A stretch of 64,000 bases of DNA from an uncultured bacterium (GTDB lineage: Bacteria; Actinomycetota; Acidimicrobiia; Spongiisociales; UBA5794), in assembly GCA_963801165.1 (NCBI GenBank), contig CAWDDT010000004.1, forward strand, positions 1 to 64,000. The letters are read 5' to 3'. Under the pieces are notes generated by a model, which saw nothing but the letters and a program-made list of their open reading frames with translations, did no database searches and was not told where the DNA came from. The translations under genes were made by a program, and so were the position numbers. Below, piece after piece: positions 49,276 to 58,864 of the stretch; positions within the stretch are counted from its first letter, which is position 1, and each line of letters begins with the position of its first letter.

Positions 49276-49285
49276 GGAGGCGCTG

Positions 49286-52200
49286 ATGTCGGATCGTTTC
49301 CATCCCGTGACGATGGAACAGCTGACCGATTGGGTTTTCACCGAGCTCGATCAGAAGGACTCGATCTTCGGTATACCCCGGGCCTCGTTCTTCGTCCCGT
49401 CGTCTGCTGACCGGTTCCGGATAGAGAAGTACGGCCAGCTGCTCGAGACCCCCTTCGGCGTTGCTGCCGGCCCCCACACCCAGATGGCGCAGAACATCAT
49501 TGTGTCGTGGTTGGTCGGCGCCCGTTTCCTCGAGCTGAAGACAATCCAGACGCTCGACGAGCTCGACGTCAACAAGCCGTGCATCGATATCGAGGATGAG
49601 GGCTACAACGTGGAGTGGTCCCAGGAGCTCAAGGTCTTCGAGTCCTTCGACGAATACCTGCGCGCCTGGGTGCTGATTCACGCCCTGCACAAGAAGCTGG
49701 GCTTCCCCGGCGACTCACCCGGGGTGATCTTCAACATGTCCGTCGGCTACAACCTCGAGGGCATCAAGAAGCCGAACGTGCAGTGGTTCCTCGACACGAT
49801 GGCCGATGCTTCCGCTTATAAGCAGGCGTTCGTCGATATCGTCGCCGAGCACTATCCCGAGATCCGTGACATCGACATCCCCGATACCGTTTCGGATACC
49901 ATCACTCTGTCGACGATGCACGGCTGCCCACCGGACGAGATCGAGGCGATCGTCCTCTACCTGCTCAACGAGCGCAACATCCACACCTCGGTCAAGTGCA
50001 ACCCGACACTCCTCGGGGCGGACCGGGTGCGCGGCATCATCAACGACGACCTCGGGTTCACCGACATACCGGTGCCCGACGAAGCCTTCGGTCACGATCT
50101 CAAGTACGTCGACGCCGTCCCGATGTTCCACAATCTACGCCGGGTCGCCAGGACCAATGGGCTCACTTTTGGCCTCAAGCTGAGCAACACGCTGGAGGTA
50201 GAGAACCACCGCCGCGTCTTTGAGTCCGACGAGATGATGTACCTGTCGGGCCGGGCTCTCCACGCCGTTACCACCAACCTGGCGCTGCGGCTCACCGAGG
50301 AGTTCAACGGTGACCTGCTCGTGTCCTACGCCGGAGGCGCCGACGCTTTCAACGTGTCGGATCTGTTGCGGTCGGGCATGAAGACGATCACGGTGTGCTC
50401 CGACCTGCTCAAGACCGGTGGTTACCTGCGTCTCCCGCAATACATCGAGGAGCTCAACAAGGCGCTCGACAAGGCGGGGGCGGCTGATCTCAGTGAGTTC
50501 ATCGCCAATACGGCGCTGGAGCAGGAGAACATGGGCGATTTCGCCTCGACCCTTGCCTACGGTGCCCTCACCGAGAGCGGGCTCAACCTCACCCCTGCTC
50601 AGGCGGCGTCTCTCAGCGACGCTCTACGGTCGGTGAGCGACGGTCAATCGTCTATTGCGGCGATCGAGAGCTGGGCCGGGGAAAACGGCTTCGACGCGAA
50701 CCGCAGCGGCGAACTCGTGGCGCTGACAATCAACGCGCTCAAGCGGGTAAACCTGCGTCAGTACGCCGGCTTTGTCCGCACCGACTGGCGCTACCAGAAG
50801 GGGTCGTTCCGCACCGACCGCTCCAAGACCGAACGGGAATTGCACCTCTTCGACTGCATCCAGGCTCCCTGTGTCGACGAGTGCCCGGTCGACCAGGACG
50901 TGCCCGCCTACATGAGGGCGGTTCGGGAAGGCGACTATGCCAGGGCGGTATCGATCGTCCGCGCCGACAACCCGCTCGGCTCGATACTCGGTCGGGTTTG
51001 TGACCACCTGTGCGAGACGACGTGCATCAGAACCCATCTCGACGAGCCGTTGGCCATCCGCGAGATGAAGCGGTTCATCATGGAGCACGAGACGGCGAAC
51101 GGGAAGACGGCCGCCCCGGGGTCGGCTGCGAAGGTTGCGATCATCGGCGCCGGGCCCGCCGGCATCGCCGCAGGTGAGGAACTCGGCCGCGCCGGGCTCT
51201 CGGTGACGATCTTCGAAGCCCATCCCTACGCAGGCGGGATGGTCGGAGGTGCCATCCCCGTGTACCGGATCCCGCAGGCCAACATCGATCAGGACCTGCA
51301 GAGGCTTCAGGATCTCGGTGTTGAGATCAAGTACAGCATGAAGGCGGGTCGCGACTTCACCCTGGCCGACTTGCGTGACCAGGGGTATCGGTACACCTTC
51401 GTCGCGGTGGGGGCTCAGCTGCCCAAACATCTCGGCTTCGAAGGAGAGGACGCCGAAGGCGTGATCGATGCGCTCGCATTCCTCCGCAGCGTGCGCGAAG
51501 GTCACCCGATGCCGGTCGGTCCTCGCGTTGGTGTCGTCGGCGCCGGCGACACCGCCATGGACTGTGTGCGATCTGCATGGCGGGTCGGTGCAACCGAGAC
51601 ATCGTTGATATACCGCCGCACCAGAGACCAGATGCCCGCCGATCGCGAGGAGGTCCACGAGTCGCTTGCCGAGGGCGTTCGGTTCGTCGAGCTGGCCAAC
51701 CCGCATGCGCTCCATGTCGAGGACGGCAAACTGCGGGGTCTGGTGTGCACCAGGACCGAGTACCGGGGCGACCGTGACGAATCGGGCCGGAAGATCCCAT
51801 TCGACGTTCCCGACTCCGAGTTCGAGATCGAGTTGGACACGCTGATCCTGGCGATCAGCCAGCACTCGCTGCTCGACTTCTTCGGCGACGAGCCACCCGA
51901 TCTGACCTCCAAGGGCTACCTGGTCGTCGACCCGGTCAGTCTCGAGACGACGCTCCCCGGCGTCTATGCAGGCGGCGACGTAGCCGCTCACGGCCCGTCG
52001 TCAATCGTCAAGGCGGCCGCCGACGGCAAAGCGGTGGCGGCGGCGATCATAAAAGCCGTTTCGGGAACGCCGGTACCGATGCCGGTGACCTGGAAGCCGT
52101 TGGAGCTGGATCTCTCCGGGATGGTGGCGCGACGGGCCCGCCGTGAATATCGGGTGCCGGTGCGCCACGCGCCGCTCGATGAGCGCGACAACTTCGATGA

Positions 52201-52861
52201 GACCCTTCACGGGTACACGGTCGAAGAAGCGCAGACCGAGGCTTCGCGTTGTCTCGACTGCGACACCATCTGCAGCCTCTGTGTCGGGGTCTGTCCCAAC
52301 ATGGCATTGATGACCTATCAGATGTCCCCGTTCCGGGCCGAGCTACCGGCACTCGCGGTCGACAACGGTGCGGTGGCCGTTGGAGAGAAAGCGACCTTCC
52401 GGGTGGATCAGTCGCTCCAGATCGCTGTCCTCACCGACTTCTGCAATGAATGCGGTGACTGTGTCACCGCGTGCCCGACGTCGGGTGAGCCGTACCGGGA
52501 CAAGCCGAGGCTTTACCTCGACAGGGCGGATTTCGAGTCGCAGAGCGACAACGCCTTCTGGGTCAGCCGGGACGGTGACACATCGGTGGTTGAGGCGCGC
52601 TTCGGCGGGGAGACACACAGCCTGGCTATCAATGGCCAGGTTGAGTACACGACACCCGCCCTGCGGGCCATCCTGGAGCCCGACACGCTGGCTCTGGTGG
52701 CGGCCGAAACTGGAGCCGGAGCGACAGACGGGCAGCAGTTGACGCTGGAGCCCGCCGCCCAGATGTACACGCTGTGGCGGGGCCTCGACGGGTCGATGCC
52801 GCAGATACCTCATGCCGGTGTTGCCGGTACAAGGATTGGTCATCCCGGCTACCAGGAGTAA
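49286..52861 (+). CDS. ygfK: YgfK-like Fe-S flavoprotein oxidoreductase (usually annotated putative selenate reductase subunit)
   Basis: GVAAGPHTQMAQNI, KPCID, YNVEWS, LSTMHGCPPDEIE, KCNPTLLG, GLKLSNT, MYLSGR; GltD-like CVDECP, GAGPAG, GAGDTAMD; RCLDCDTICSLCVGVCPN, CNECGDCVTACP. Confidence 0.9.
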   Translation: MSDRFHPVTMEQLTDWVFTELDQKDSIFGIPRASFFVPSSADRFRIEKYGQLLETPFGVAAGPHTQMAQNIIVSWLVGARFLELKTIQTLDELDVNKPCIDIEDEGYNVEWSQELKVFESFDEYLRAWVLIHALHKKLGFPGDSPGVIFNMSVGYNLEGIKKPNVQWFLDTMADASAYKQAFVDIVAEHYPEIRDIDIPDTVSDTITLSTMHGCPPDEIEAIVLYLLNERNIHTSVKCNPTLLGADRVRGIINDDLGFTDIPVPDEAFGHDLKYVDAVPMFHNLRRVARTNGLTFGLKLSNTLEVENHRRVFESDEMMYLSGRALHAVTTNLALRLTEEFNGDLLVSYAGGADAFNVSDLLRSGMKTITVCSDLLKTGGYLRLPQYIEELNKALDKAGAADLSEFIANTALEQENMGDFASTLAYGALTESGLNLTPAQAASLSDALRSVSDGQSSIAAIESWAGENGFDANRSGELVALTINALKRVNLRQYAGFVRTDWRYQKGSFRTDRSKTERELHLFDCIQAPCVDECPVDQDVPAYMRAVREGDYARAVSIVRADNPLGSILGRVCDHLCETTCIRTHLDEPLAIREMKRFIMEHETANGKTAAPGSAAKVAIIGAGPAGIAAGEELGRAGLSVTIFEAHPYAGGMVGGAIPVYRIPQANIDQDLQRLQDLGVEIKYSMKAGRDFTLADLRDQGYRYTFVAVGAQLPKHLGFEGEDAEGVIDALAFLRSVREGHPMPVGPRVGVVGAGDTAMDCVRSAWRVGATETSLIYRRTRDQMPADREEVHESLAEGVRFVELANPHALHVEDGKLRGLVCTRTEYRGDRDESGRKIPFDVPDSEFEIELDTLILAISQHSLLDFFGDEPPDLTSKGYLVVDPVSLETTLPGVYAGGDVAAHGPSSIVKAAADGKAVAAAIIKAVSGTPVPMPVTWKPLELDLSGMVARRARREYRVPVRHAPLDERDNFDETLHGYTVEEAQTEASRCLDCDTICSLCVGVCPNMALMTYQMSPFRAELPALAVDNGAVAVGEKATFRVDQSLQIAVLTDFCNECGDCVTACPTSGEPYRDKPRLYLDRADFESQSDNAFWVSRDGDTSVVEARFGGETHSLAINGQVEYTTPALRAILEPDTLALVAAETGAGATDGQQLTLEPAAQMYTLWRGLDGSMPQIPHAGVAGTRIGHPGYQE

Positions 52862-52931
52862 CCCGCCGTATCCGTACCCTCTCCGGTAGGCTTGCGACCC
52901 GAGGGAGCCACCGCAGAGGGAGGAGAGCTTC

Positions 52932-53669
52932 ATGCAACGGTGGATTGTGGTGGGGATCGGTGTCGTGATCGTGGCCGCGGTGGTCGCAATCCTGGCGGCA
53001 AGCGGCGGGGATACAGTCACCGAGACGACGCTCGCCACCGACGACACGACGACCTCGACGGAAGCGGCCGGGACGACCCTGTCGGCCCCGGGCACAGCCG
53101 GCGTGACGCAGACCACGTCGGCTAGTACGACGGTAACGGCGGCCGCGAGCTGCCAGCAAGTGCAAACCGACTACGTCGTCGGTCAAGGCTGGTTCTCCAA
53201 CTTCACCGATCACCAGGTGCCAAACGGGGGAGAGATCGTCGACAACACTCTCTATGCGTGGAACGTCGTGCAGATCCAGTTTCCCGTCGATGGCGGACCG
53301 ATGTACCTGTACGGCAGCGCTTTCCTCACGAGGGACAACGGGGACATCGAGACGTATGGGTTTGTGCGCGATAGCCGCAGGGAGCCGGCCCCGGCGGGTG
53401 GCTCGGTTCTGCGCTACGACCCGGCGACCCAGACGATCGCAGGCGAGGTGCCGGTGTCGGCCTCGGTGACGTCTACTGCGGGGACGACACCCGCAAAGTT
53501 CGACGAGCCGGGCACCGTGGCCGCGCAATACGACCCGGCGAGCGGTGCCGTGACCGGTACCGTCACCTATTCGCAGCTGACTCTGGAGCTGCAGGTGTCG
53601 ACATCGGAAGAGGTCCTCGACGTCTTCACAACCCCGGAGTGTTGGGACACGCTTGTCGAACAGCCGTGA
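52932..53669 (+). CDS. Membrane-anchored exported hypothetical protein with a Thr-rich linker
   Basis: SD GGAGGAG; N-terminal TM helix; low-complexity Thr stretch; beta-rich domain bracketed by two Cys. Confidence 0.7.
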   Translation: MQRWIVVGIGVVIVAAVVAILAASGGDTVTETTLATDDTTTSTEAAGTTLSAPGTAGVTQTTSASTTVTAAASCQQVQTDYVVGQGWFSNFTDHQVPNGGEIVDNTLYAWNVVQIQFPVDGGPMYLYGSAFLTRDNGDIETYGFVRDSRREPAPAGGSVLRYDPATQTIAGEVPVSASVTSTAGTTPAKFDEPGTVAAQYDPASGAVTGTVTYSQLTLELQVSTSEEVLDVFTTPECWDTLVEQP

Positions 53670-53678
53670 CGGCTTGTC

Positions 53679-54470
53679 TCACTCGAGGTTCAGAAAGCGG
53701 AGCCTTGGCAGGACGTGGACGAGCGCACACGACGCCAGGCCAACGCCGAGGGCGGCGGCCGTCACGGTGAGATCGACGGGGATGGCGGCGAAGCCCCAGA
53801 TGATCTGGCCGAGCCCGAATAGGAATATCCCGGCGAGAGCGGCGGCTCCGCCGGTGCCGGCGATGCGGCGCTGCCGGGGAAGCGCCGGTGCGAGCGCGAT
53901 TAGTAGGCAGCCGGCCGCGACCATGATGAACCCGACCGTCATCAGGGCGTCGCCGAGCGGTGTGTCTACGAACGGGTAGTCGTACGGCCAATCTGCTTGG
54001 GTGGGCATGTTCAGAGCCATACCGAGCGTCCCGGTCCCGAGTGCGATGGCGGGCCAGCGCAGCCTCTTGAGGACGACTCGCCGCGGGCTACGGATGAGGG
54101 CGAGCCCTCCAAGTCCAAGCCCGACGGCGCACAACAGGGTCGGCCGCCTTATGTTCGCCGGATAGGCACGGGAGAGCAGTCCGGCCTCGGTCGAGGCCAT
54201 GGCCATGATCGTGAAGACCAGGGCCGCGGGCAGCGCGGTCATGTCGTGTTCGTCGATCCGGCTGAAGATGGCGGCTGGTACGCCCCGGATCGCCCTGCCG
54301 AGCAACCGCACGGTTCCGAAGTCGCGGTGCATCAGCTCCCAATCGCTGTCGGTCTCGAGAAGGATCTCCTTCCGCCTACGGGGTTCCATCCCCCAGGTGA
54401 GGATCCGGGTGAGCCGTCTGGCCGCGGCCAGGGCTATCGGTGAGCGATGGTGTTGCCGTGTCTCCATCAT
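53679..54470 (-). CDS. Multi-pass membrane protein coupled to the PadR gene
   Basis: About 6 TM segments; start overlaps the PadR stop (TGATG). Confidence 0.7.
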   Translation of the reverse strand: MMETRQHHRSPIALAAARRLTRILTWGMEPRRRKEILLETDSDWELMHRDFGTVRLLGRAIRGVPAAIFSRIDEHDMTALPAALVFTIMAMASTEAGLLSRAYPANIRRPTLLCAVGLGLGGLALIRSPRRVVLKRLRWPAIALGTGTLGMALNMPTQADWPYDYPFVDTPLGDALMTVGFIMVAAGCLLIALAPALPRQRRIAGTGGAAALAGIFLFGLGQIIWGFAAIPVDLTVTAAALGVGLASCALVHVLPRLRFLNLE

Positions 54471-54838
54471 CAGCTGCTCCCGGGCACCAGCCTGCCCTTG
54501 ACCCAGCTCAGCTGGTGGGCGCGCAGCTCCGCGTGAGCCAGCTCGACACCGGCGCTCGTTATCCAGTAGTAGCGGCGGGGGCGACCTTCACGTCCGTGGG
54601 ATGAAGCCTCTTCGAGGCTCTCCCATTTGCTGGCGAGCGCCCCCCTTTCCTCGAGACGTCGCAGCGCCCGGTACAGGGTTGGTTGCGACATGATCGAGTC
54701 GGTCTGTTCGGTGGCTGCCAGGTGTCGCGCTAGGTCGTAACCGTGGAAACGATCGGTCCCCGTCATCTGGAGGTCGGCTGCGGTCAGCAACAAACGAAGC
54801 TCGTTTCTGACCAAACCGGTCCCTGCTTTTCGTCTCAA
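54470..54838 (-). CDS. PadR family transcriptional regulator
   Basis: FHGYDLA, PTLYRALRRLEERG, SKWE, GRPRRYYWITSAG. TTG follows GGAG. Confidence 0.88.
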   Translation of the reverse strand: MRRKAGTGLVRNELRLLLTAADLQMTGTDRFHGYDLARHLAATEQTDSIMSQPTLYRALRRLEERGALASKWESLEEASSHGREGRPRRYYWITSAGVELAHAELRAHQLSWVKGRLVPGSS

Positions 54839-55095
54839 GAGTCACTCCAGGTGTTTGGTGCGATTCTGCCCCGATCGGTGTGCCCGAGTCGAATCGCCAG
54901 AATCCGGGCTGGTCCACCATTGGGCGACACCCGGCCATGGCTTTGATATGTAGGTAGGTGCGTTTACGATGGGAGACGAGTCAATGGACGGACGGGTGGT
55001 GACTGTGCCCTTGGCACGTGCGTCGTCCGGGATCGGCAAGGCGGATGCCGAGATAGGTCCACGGGATCCGATAGGGGGGACCCGTGGACTCGTTC

Positions 55096-55200
55096 TTATC
55101 TCAGGTTGAGGGCGATCAGCGGAACCACCAGTCCGATGGCGATGATCGCTCCGGCGATCGCGCCGAGAAGAAGCGATTCTCGTCTGCTCCTGTCCGTCAT
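55096..55200 (-). CDS. Small single-TM protein (34 aa)
   Basis: GAGG + ATG at 55200: MTDRSRRESLLLGAIAGAIIAIGLVVPLIALNLR. Confidence 0.5.
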   Translation of the reverse strand: MTDRSRRESLLLGAIAGAIIAIGLVVPLIALNLR

Positions 55201-55352
55201 GGCCAAACCTCGTCGACGACTGTTGTGCGGGTGGAACCCTACTATCGCCGGCAACAGGGACTTGCGCTGTACCGGCGCCGATCTAGCGAAGGCGTCGAAA
55301 AGGACACTAATCTTCCGCACGTTGATTCTCCAGCGACGGCGGTAACGACCAG

Positions 55353-55832
55353 ATGACAGGCAAGGACTCGATGGAAAGCACAGGCGCGCCAGAAGACGGG
55401 CAGGACCAGGAGAAATCCTTCTTCGGGCGTGGAGCGTTGCTCGGTCTCATTGGTGGCGCTCTGGTAGCGGTGATGTTGATGGGCGTCATCGGGTCGGTGG
55501 GTTCCCTGATTGATGACGTCTTCGGCTCGGGAACACCGGCGGCAGCCGACGAGCAGAAAGCACCGGTCGATCCCCAGGTGGCGCGTGGCAAGGATCTGGC
55601 TTCCCAGAACGGTTGCGTGGCCTGTCACACCACCAACGGTGTCAATATGACGGGCCCGTCGTGGAAGGGATTGAACGAGACGAGGACCGCCGAGTACATC
55701 AGACAGTCCATCGTTGATCCGAACGCCGACATCGTTGCGGGCTTCACCGCAGACGTCATGCCGCAGACATTCGCGGGCACGCTATCGCCGGACGACATCG
55801 ACGCCCTCGTCGCCTACATACTGTCGCTGTAG
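55353..55832 (+). CDS. Membrane-anchored monoheme cytochrome c
   Basis: TM helix; CVACH; GPSWKGL; YIRQSIVDP; MP axial Met; DIDALVAYI. Confidence 0.92.
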   Translation: MTGKDSMESTGAPEDGQDQEKSFFGRGALLGLIGGALVAVMLMGVIGSVGSLIDDVFGSGTPAAADEQKAPVDPQVARGKDLASQNGCVACHTTNGVNMTGPSWKGLNETRTAEYIRQSIVDPNADIVAGFTADVMPQTFAGTLSPDDIDALVAYILSL

Positions 55833-55960
55833 CTCGCCGGATCGCCGGTCGAGTCAAGCAATCCCCGGCATCTGCACGAAGCAGTGCAGAACACCTGCTT
55901 CCAGCTGCCGGAGGTCTTCATCCTCGAACGAGTCGTTCGGAGTGAGCTCGATCGAGTCGA

Positions 55961-56272
55961 TCACACTCGTTCGATGACTTCGAACTCGAGCAGAGCGGAA
56001 TCGGTGCTCACCGGCGGGCGCTGCGGGGCTCCGGAATCGCCGGTGTGGCCGTGCTGGAACGCCTGGGAGTTGAGCCAGTTCTGAAAGTCGTCCTCTGTCG
56101 TCCAGCGGGTATAGACGAAATAGCGACTCTCGCCCTTTGTGGGTCGTAGCAACTCGAAGCCCTCGAAGCCGGGCATGTTCTCGACGGCGCCTAACCGGGC
56201 GGCGAAACGCTTCTCCAACTCGGCACCGGCTCCCTCGGGAACAGCGATTGCGTTGATCTTGACGACACTCAT
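55961..56272 (-). CDS. MhuD/IsdG-like heme-degrading monooxygenase (ABM family)
   Basis: MSVVKINAIAVPEGAGAELEKRFAAR...PGFEGFELLRP...RYFVYTRW...AFQHGH...LLEFEV. Confidence 0.88.
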   Translation of the reverse strand: MSVVKINAIAVPEGAGAELEKRFAARLGAVENMPGFEGFELLRPTKGESRYFVYTRWTTEDDFQNWLNSQAFQHGHTGDSGAPQRPPVSTDSALLEFEVIERV

Positions 56273-56376
56273 CAGGTGTACCTCCTTCAGGCCCATTATC
56301 ACCGCATTGGCGTTTGAGTTTGTCGGTCGCGGGGAGTCCGTCGAATGAGGCCACCGTCTTGATAGCCTGAGACCTC

Positions 56377-56772
56377 ATGGAGAAGAATGTTCTTGGTTCA
56401 GAGCTCGAGAGCTGTGGCACGGATCCGGTGACCGGCTGGTTCCGGGACGGGTCGTGCCGGACCGGTCCCGGAGACCGGGGGAGCCACACAATCTGCGCTG
56501 TCGTGAGCAGCGAGTTTCTCGAGCATCAGCGAAGCATCGGCAACGATCTGGTCACGGCCATGCCGCAATACCGATTCCCCGGGTTGTCGCCCGGTGACCG
56601 CTGGTGTGTCACCGCTCCCAACTGGCTGCGGGCGCACCTCGACGGCGCGGCGTCGCCGGTAGTGCTTGCCGCCACTCACGAGAGCGTGCTCGATATCGTG
56701 CCGCTGGATGTGCTGCAACGGTACGCGGTCGACGTACCTCCCGATCTGAGCGGTCTCGAGGTCGAAGGGTGA
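56377..56772 (+). CDS. DUF2237 family protein
   Basis: NVLGSELESCGTDPVTGWFRDGSC, GSHTICA, GNDL, FPGLSPGDRWC. Confidence 0.9.
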   Translation: MEKNVLGSELESCGTDPVTGWFRDGSCRTGPGDRGSHTICAVVSSEFLEHQRSIGNDLVTAMPQYRFPGLSPGDRWCVTAPNWLRAHLDGAASPVVLAATHESVLDIVPLDVLQRYAVDVPPDLSGLEVEG

Positions 56773-56778
56773 GAAAAC

Positions 56779-57963
56779 CTACGGGGTGATGGTCACCGTG
56801 ACGCCGCCCTCGGCGATGATTCGGGCCGCTCGGGAGGCGATCGTGCCGTCTTCGATCAGGGCGTACAGGTTCTCGCCCGGGCAAGTCGTCGCAGCCAGGT
56901 CGCGATGACCGTTGACGGTCGCAACGCCTACATCGAACTGTTGTGAGCCCCACGCCACCATTTCGGCCAGCATCTCGACTTGCTCCGGCGTCGGTGTTAC
57001 TACGTCGAAGTCACCCTCGACCACGATCAGCAGGTGGCCCCGAGGGTCATACTCCGTGGCGGTGTCTCCGGCGGCGGTGTAGGGGCGTCCCTCGTAGACC
57101 TTGCCGTCGAGGCCGACGATGAAGTGATAGGCGATATCGGGCCAACCCAAATGGAAGTGCCAGTTCTGCCACGAGCGGAACTGGGCGGGCCCGGTGAGCC
57201 CGTCCCAGCTTCCGGCGTGATGAATGGTGATCTGATCTATATGGTGGCTGGTGTAGGTGCCGCGGGCAGGTGCTGCATCCCACTGTTCCCGGCTGACGAC
57301 CCTGATCTGATATGCACGTGCGGTCACGGGGATCAGGTCCAGGTGGAGAGCGCGCGCCAGGAAGGTCGCCATTTCGGCTCGGGTCACGGGCCTTGTGGGG
57401 CAGAACTCGTCGTTTTCAGGCGGGTTGCAGCCGAGTGTGATACCGGCCAGGTGAATCCGCTCGATGGCGTTCTCAAAGACCGAACCGTGGTCATCGGTGA
57501 AGGTATCCGCCCCGGAGTCGGGGAGAGCGAGTGCCCGAGCCAGGAACGCCGCCATTTCGCCCCGGGTAACCGGCTGCTCGGGACAGAACCGGTCGTTGTC
57601 GGGAGGGTTGCAGCCATAGGTGATTGCGGCTGTGGCGAGACGATCGACGTCGCTGGAGAAGACCGAGTCATCGGTATCGATGAACCCCGCATCTTCCGCT
57701 CCAGGGAGATCGAGCGCCCGCCCCAGGAACGCCGCCATCTCGCCGCGGGTCACCGGGTCGTCGGGGCAGAATCGCGTTCCGAATGGGGGATTGCAACCCC
57801 GCGTAATCCCGGCCAGGGCAATGGCTTCGATGGCGCCCTGGTGCGGACTCGAGTCGTCGTCGACGAACGTCCCACCCGGGGGCAGAGTGCCTGCGCTGCC
57901 GGCCACAGGGCCCATGAGGGCCAGGACGATGGTGGCGAGGGTGAGCCGGATAGCCGTATGCAT
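56779..57963 (-). CDS. Secreted protein with three N-terminal SLH-like repeats and a PGRP/amidase_2 N-acetylmuramoyl-L-alanine amidase domain
   Basis: Signal peptide; GITRGCNPP-type repeat three times; ITIHH, GWPDIAYHF, YEGR, GHRD, TCPG. Confidence 0.88.
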   Translation of the reverse strand: MHTAIRLTLATIVLALMGPVAGSAGTLPPGGTFVDDDSSPHQGAIEAIALAGITRGCNPPFGTRFCPDDPVTRGEMAAFLGRALDLPGAEDAGFIDTDDSVFSSDVDRLATAAITYGCNPPDNDRFCPEQPVTRGEMAAFLARALALPDSGADTFTDDHGSVFENAIERIHLAGITLGCNPPENDEFCPTRPVTRAEMATFLARALHLDLIPVTARAYQIRVVSREQWDAAPARGTYTSHHIDQITIHHAGSWDGLTGPAQFRSWQNWHFHLGWPDIAYHFIVGLDGKVYEGRPYTAAGDTATEYDPRGHLLIVVEGDFDVVTPTPEQVEMLAEMVAWGSQQFDVGVATVNGHRDLAATTCPGENLYALIEDGTIASRAARIIAEGGVTVTITP

Positions 57964-58052
57964 GCCAACAACGGTACAAAAAGATGCGCGAACTCCCAAT
58001 AGTGGGGTGGTGATGCTTAAAGGGATAGCCATCTCGTGTCGATAGGCGTTTT

Positions 58053-58844
58053 GTGAGCTCTGTAGACAGCGGTAACACGCAGACCGATAATCAGCACGAC
58101 TTCACGATCGCCCGCAAAGGCTATGAGCCCGTTGAGGTTGATCGCCTCCTCGCCGAGTACGAGGAAGCTCTTCGCGAGTTGGAGGACTACGCGGCCAGGC
58201 TCAATCTGGAGCTGAAAGAAGCCCGGCTCGAGATCTCACGCCTGGAGGCAGGCGAGCAAGAGTCGGTGGACCGGGCCATGCTCGCCGTGTTCGATGCCAA
58301 AGAACGCATCATGGAGCGTGCGTTGGAGCGGGCTCGTGAGATCGAAGAGGCGGCTCGGCACTCTGCGGGTCTGGCAGGACCCTTGCTAGAGCCCGATCCG
58401 GTGCGGGCGACCCCCGAACCATTGGCCGAGGCCGTCGCTCTTGCCATCTCCGGCGAATCGGTCGACCCCGAAACCGTCCTCGACAAGATGCTCGTAGAGG
58501 CGGAAGCCATACGGAACCGGCTCGACAGCGGCCTCGCGGCCGCCTTTGACCACATGGAGAAGGTGCAGCGCGACGCCGAGGTGCGAGCTGCCGACCTGAT
58601 CGCCGACGCCCGCCGTGAAGCTGCGCTGCTCAAAGCGGCGGCTGCGGCCCGCGGGCCGGAGGTCGAGACCGCCATCGCAGTGAACCTGTCCGGAGACACC
58701 GCTCCCGGGCCGGAGCGCCCATCGCGGTATTCGCGCCACACAGCGCGGCTTCCCCGTCTCGGTGAGGACGCGGGCCCGTCGGTCCTGGCTTCCATGAACG
58801 GTCTTCGCACGAAGCTGCGCGAGAGCGGGAATTCCTCGCCCTGA
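58053..58844 (+). CDS. DivIVA-domain coiled-coil protein
   Basis: FTIARKGYEPVEVDRLL followed by a long charged helical region. Confidence 0.8.
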   Translation: MSSVDSGNTQTDNQHDFTIARKGYEPVEVDRLLAEYEEALRELEDYAARLNLELKEARLEISRLEAGEQESVDRAMLAVFDAKERIMERALERAREIEEAARHSAGLAGPLLEPDPVRATPEPLAEAVALAISGESVDPETVLDKMLVEAEAIRNRLDSGLAAAFDHMEKVQRDAEVRAADLIADARREAALLKAAAAARGPEVETAIAVNLSGDTAPGPERPSRYSRHTARLPRLGEDAGPSVLASMNGLRTKLRESGNSSP

Positions 58845-58864
58845 CCGCACCTCCGGGACCGTTT

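Noticed and set aside
49286-52861. Literal reading of YgfK as a selenate reductase
   Set aside because: That label is a legacy annotation; the xdh/ssnA context points to purine catabolism.
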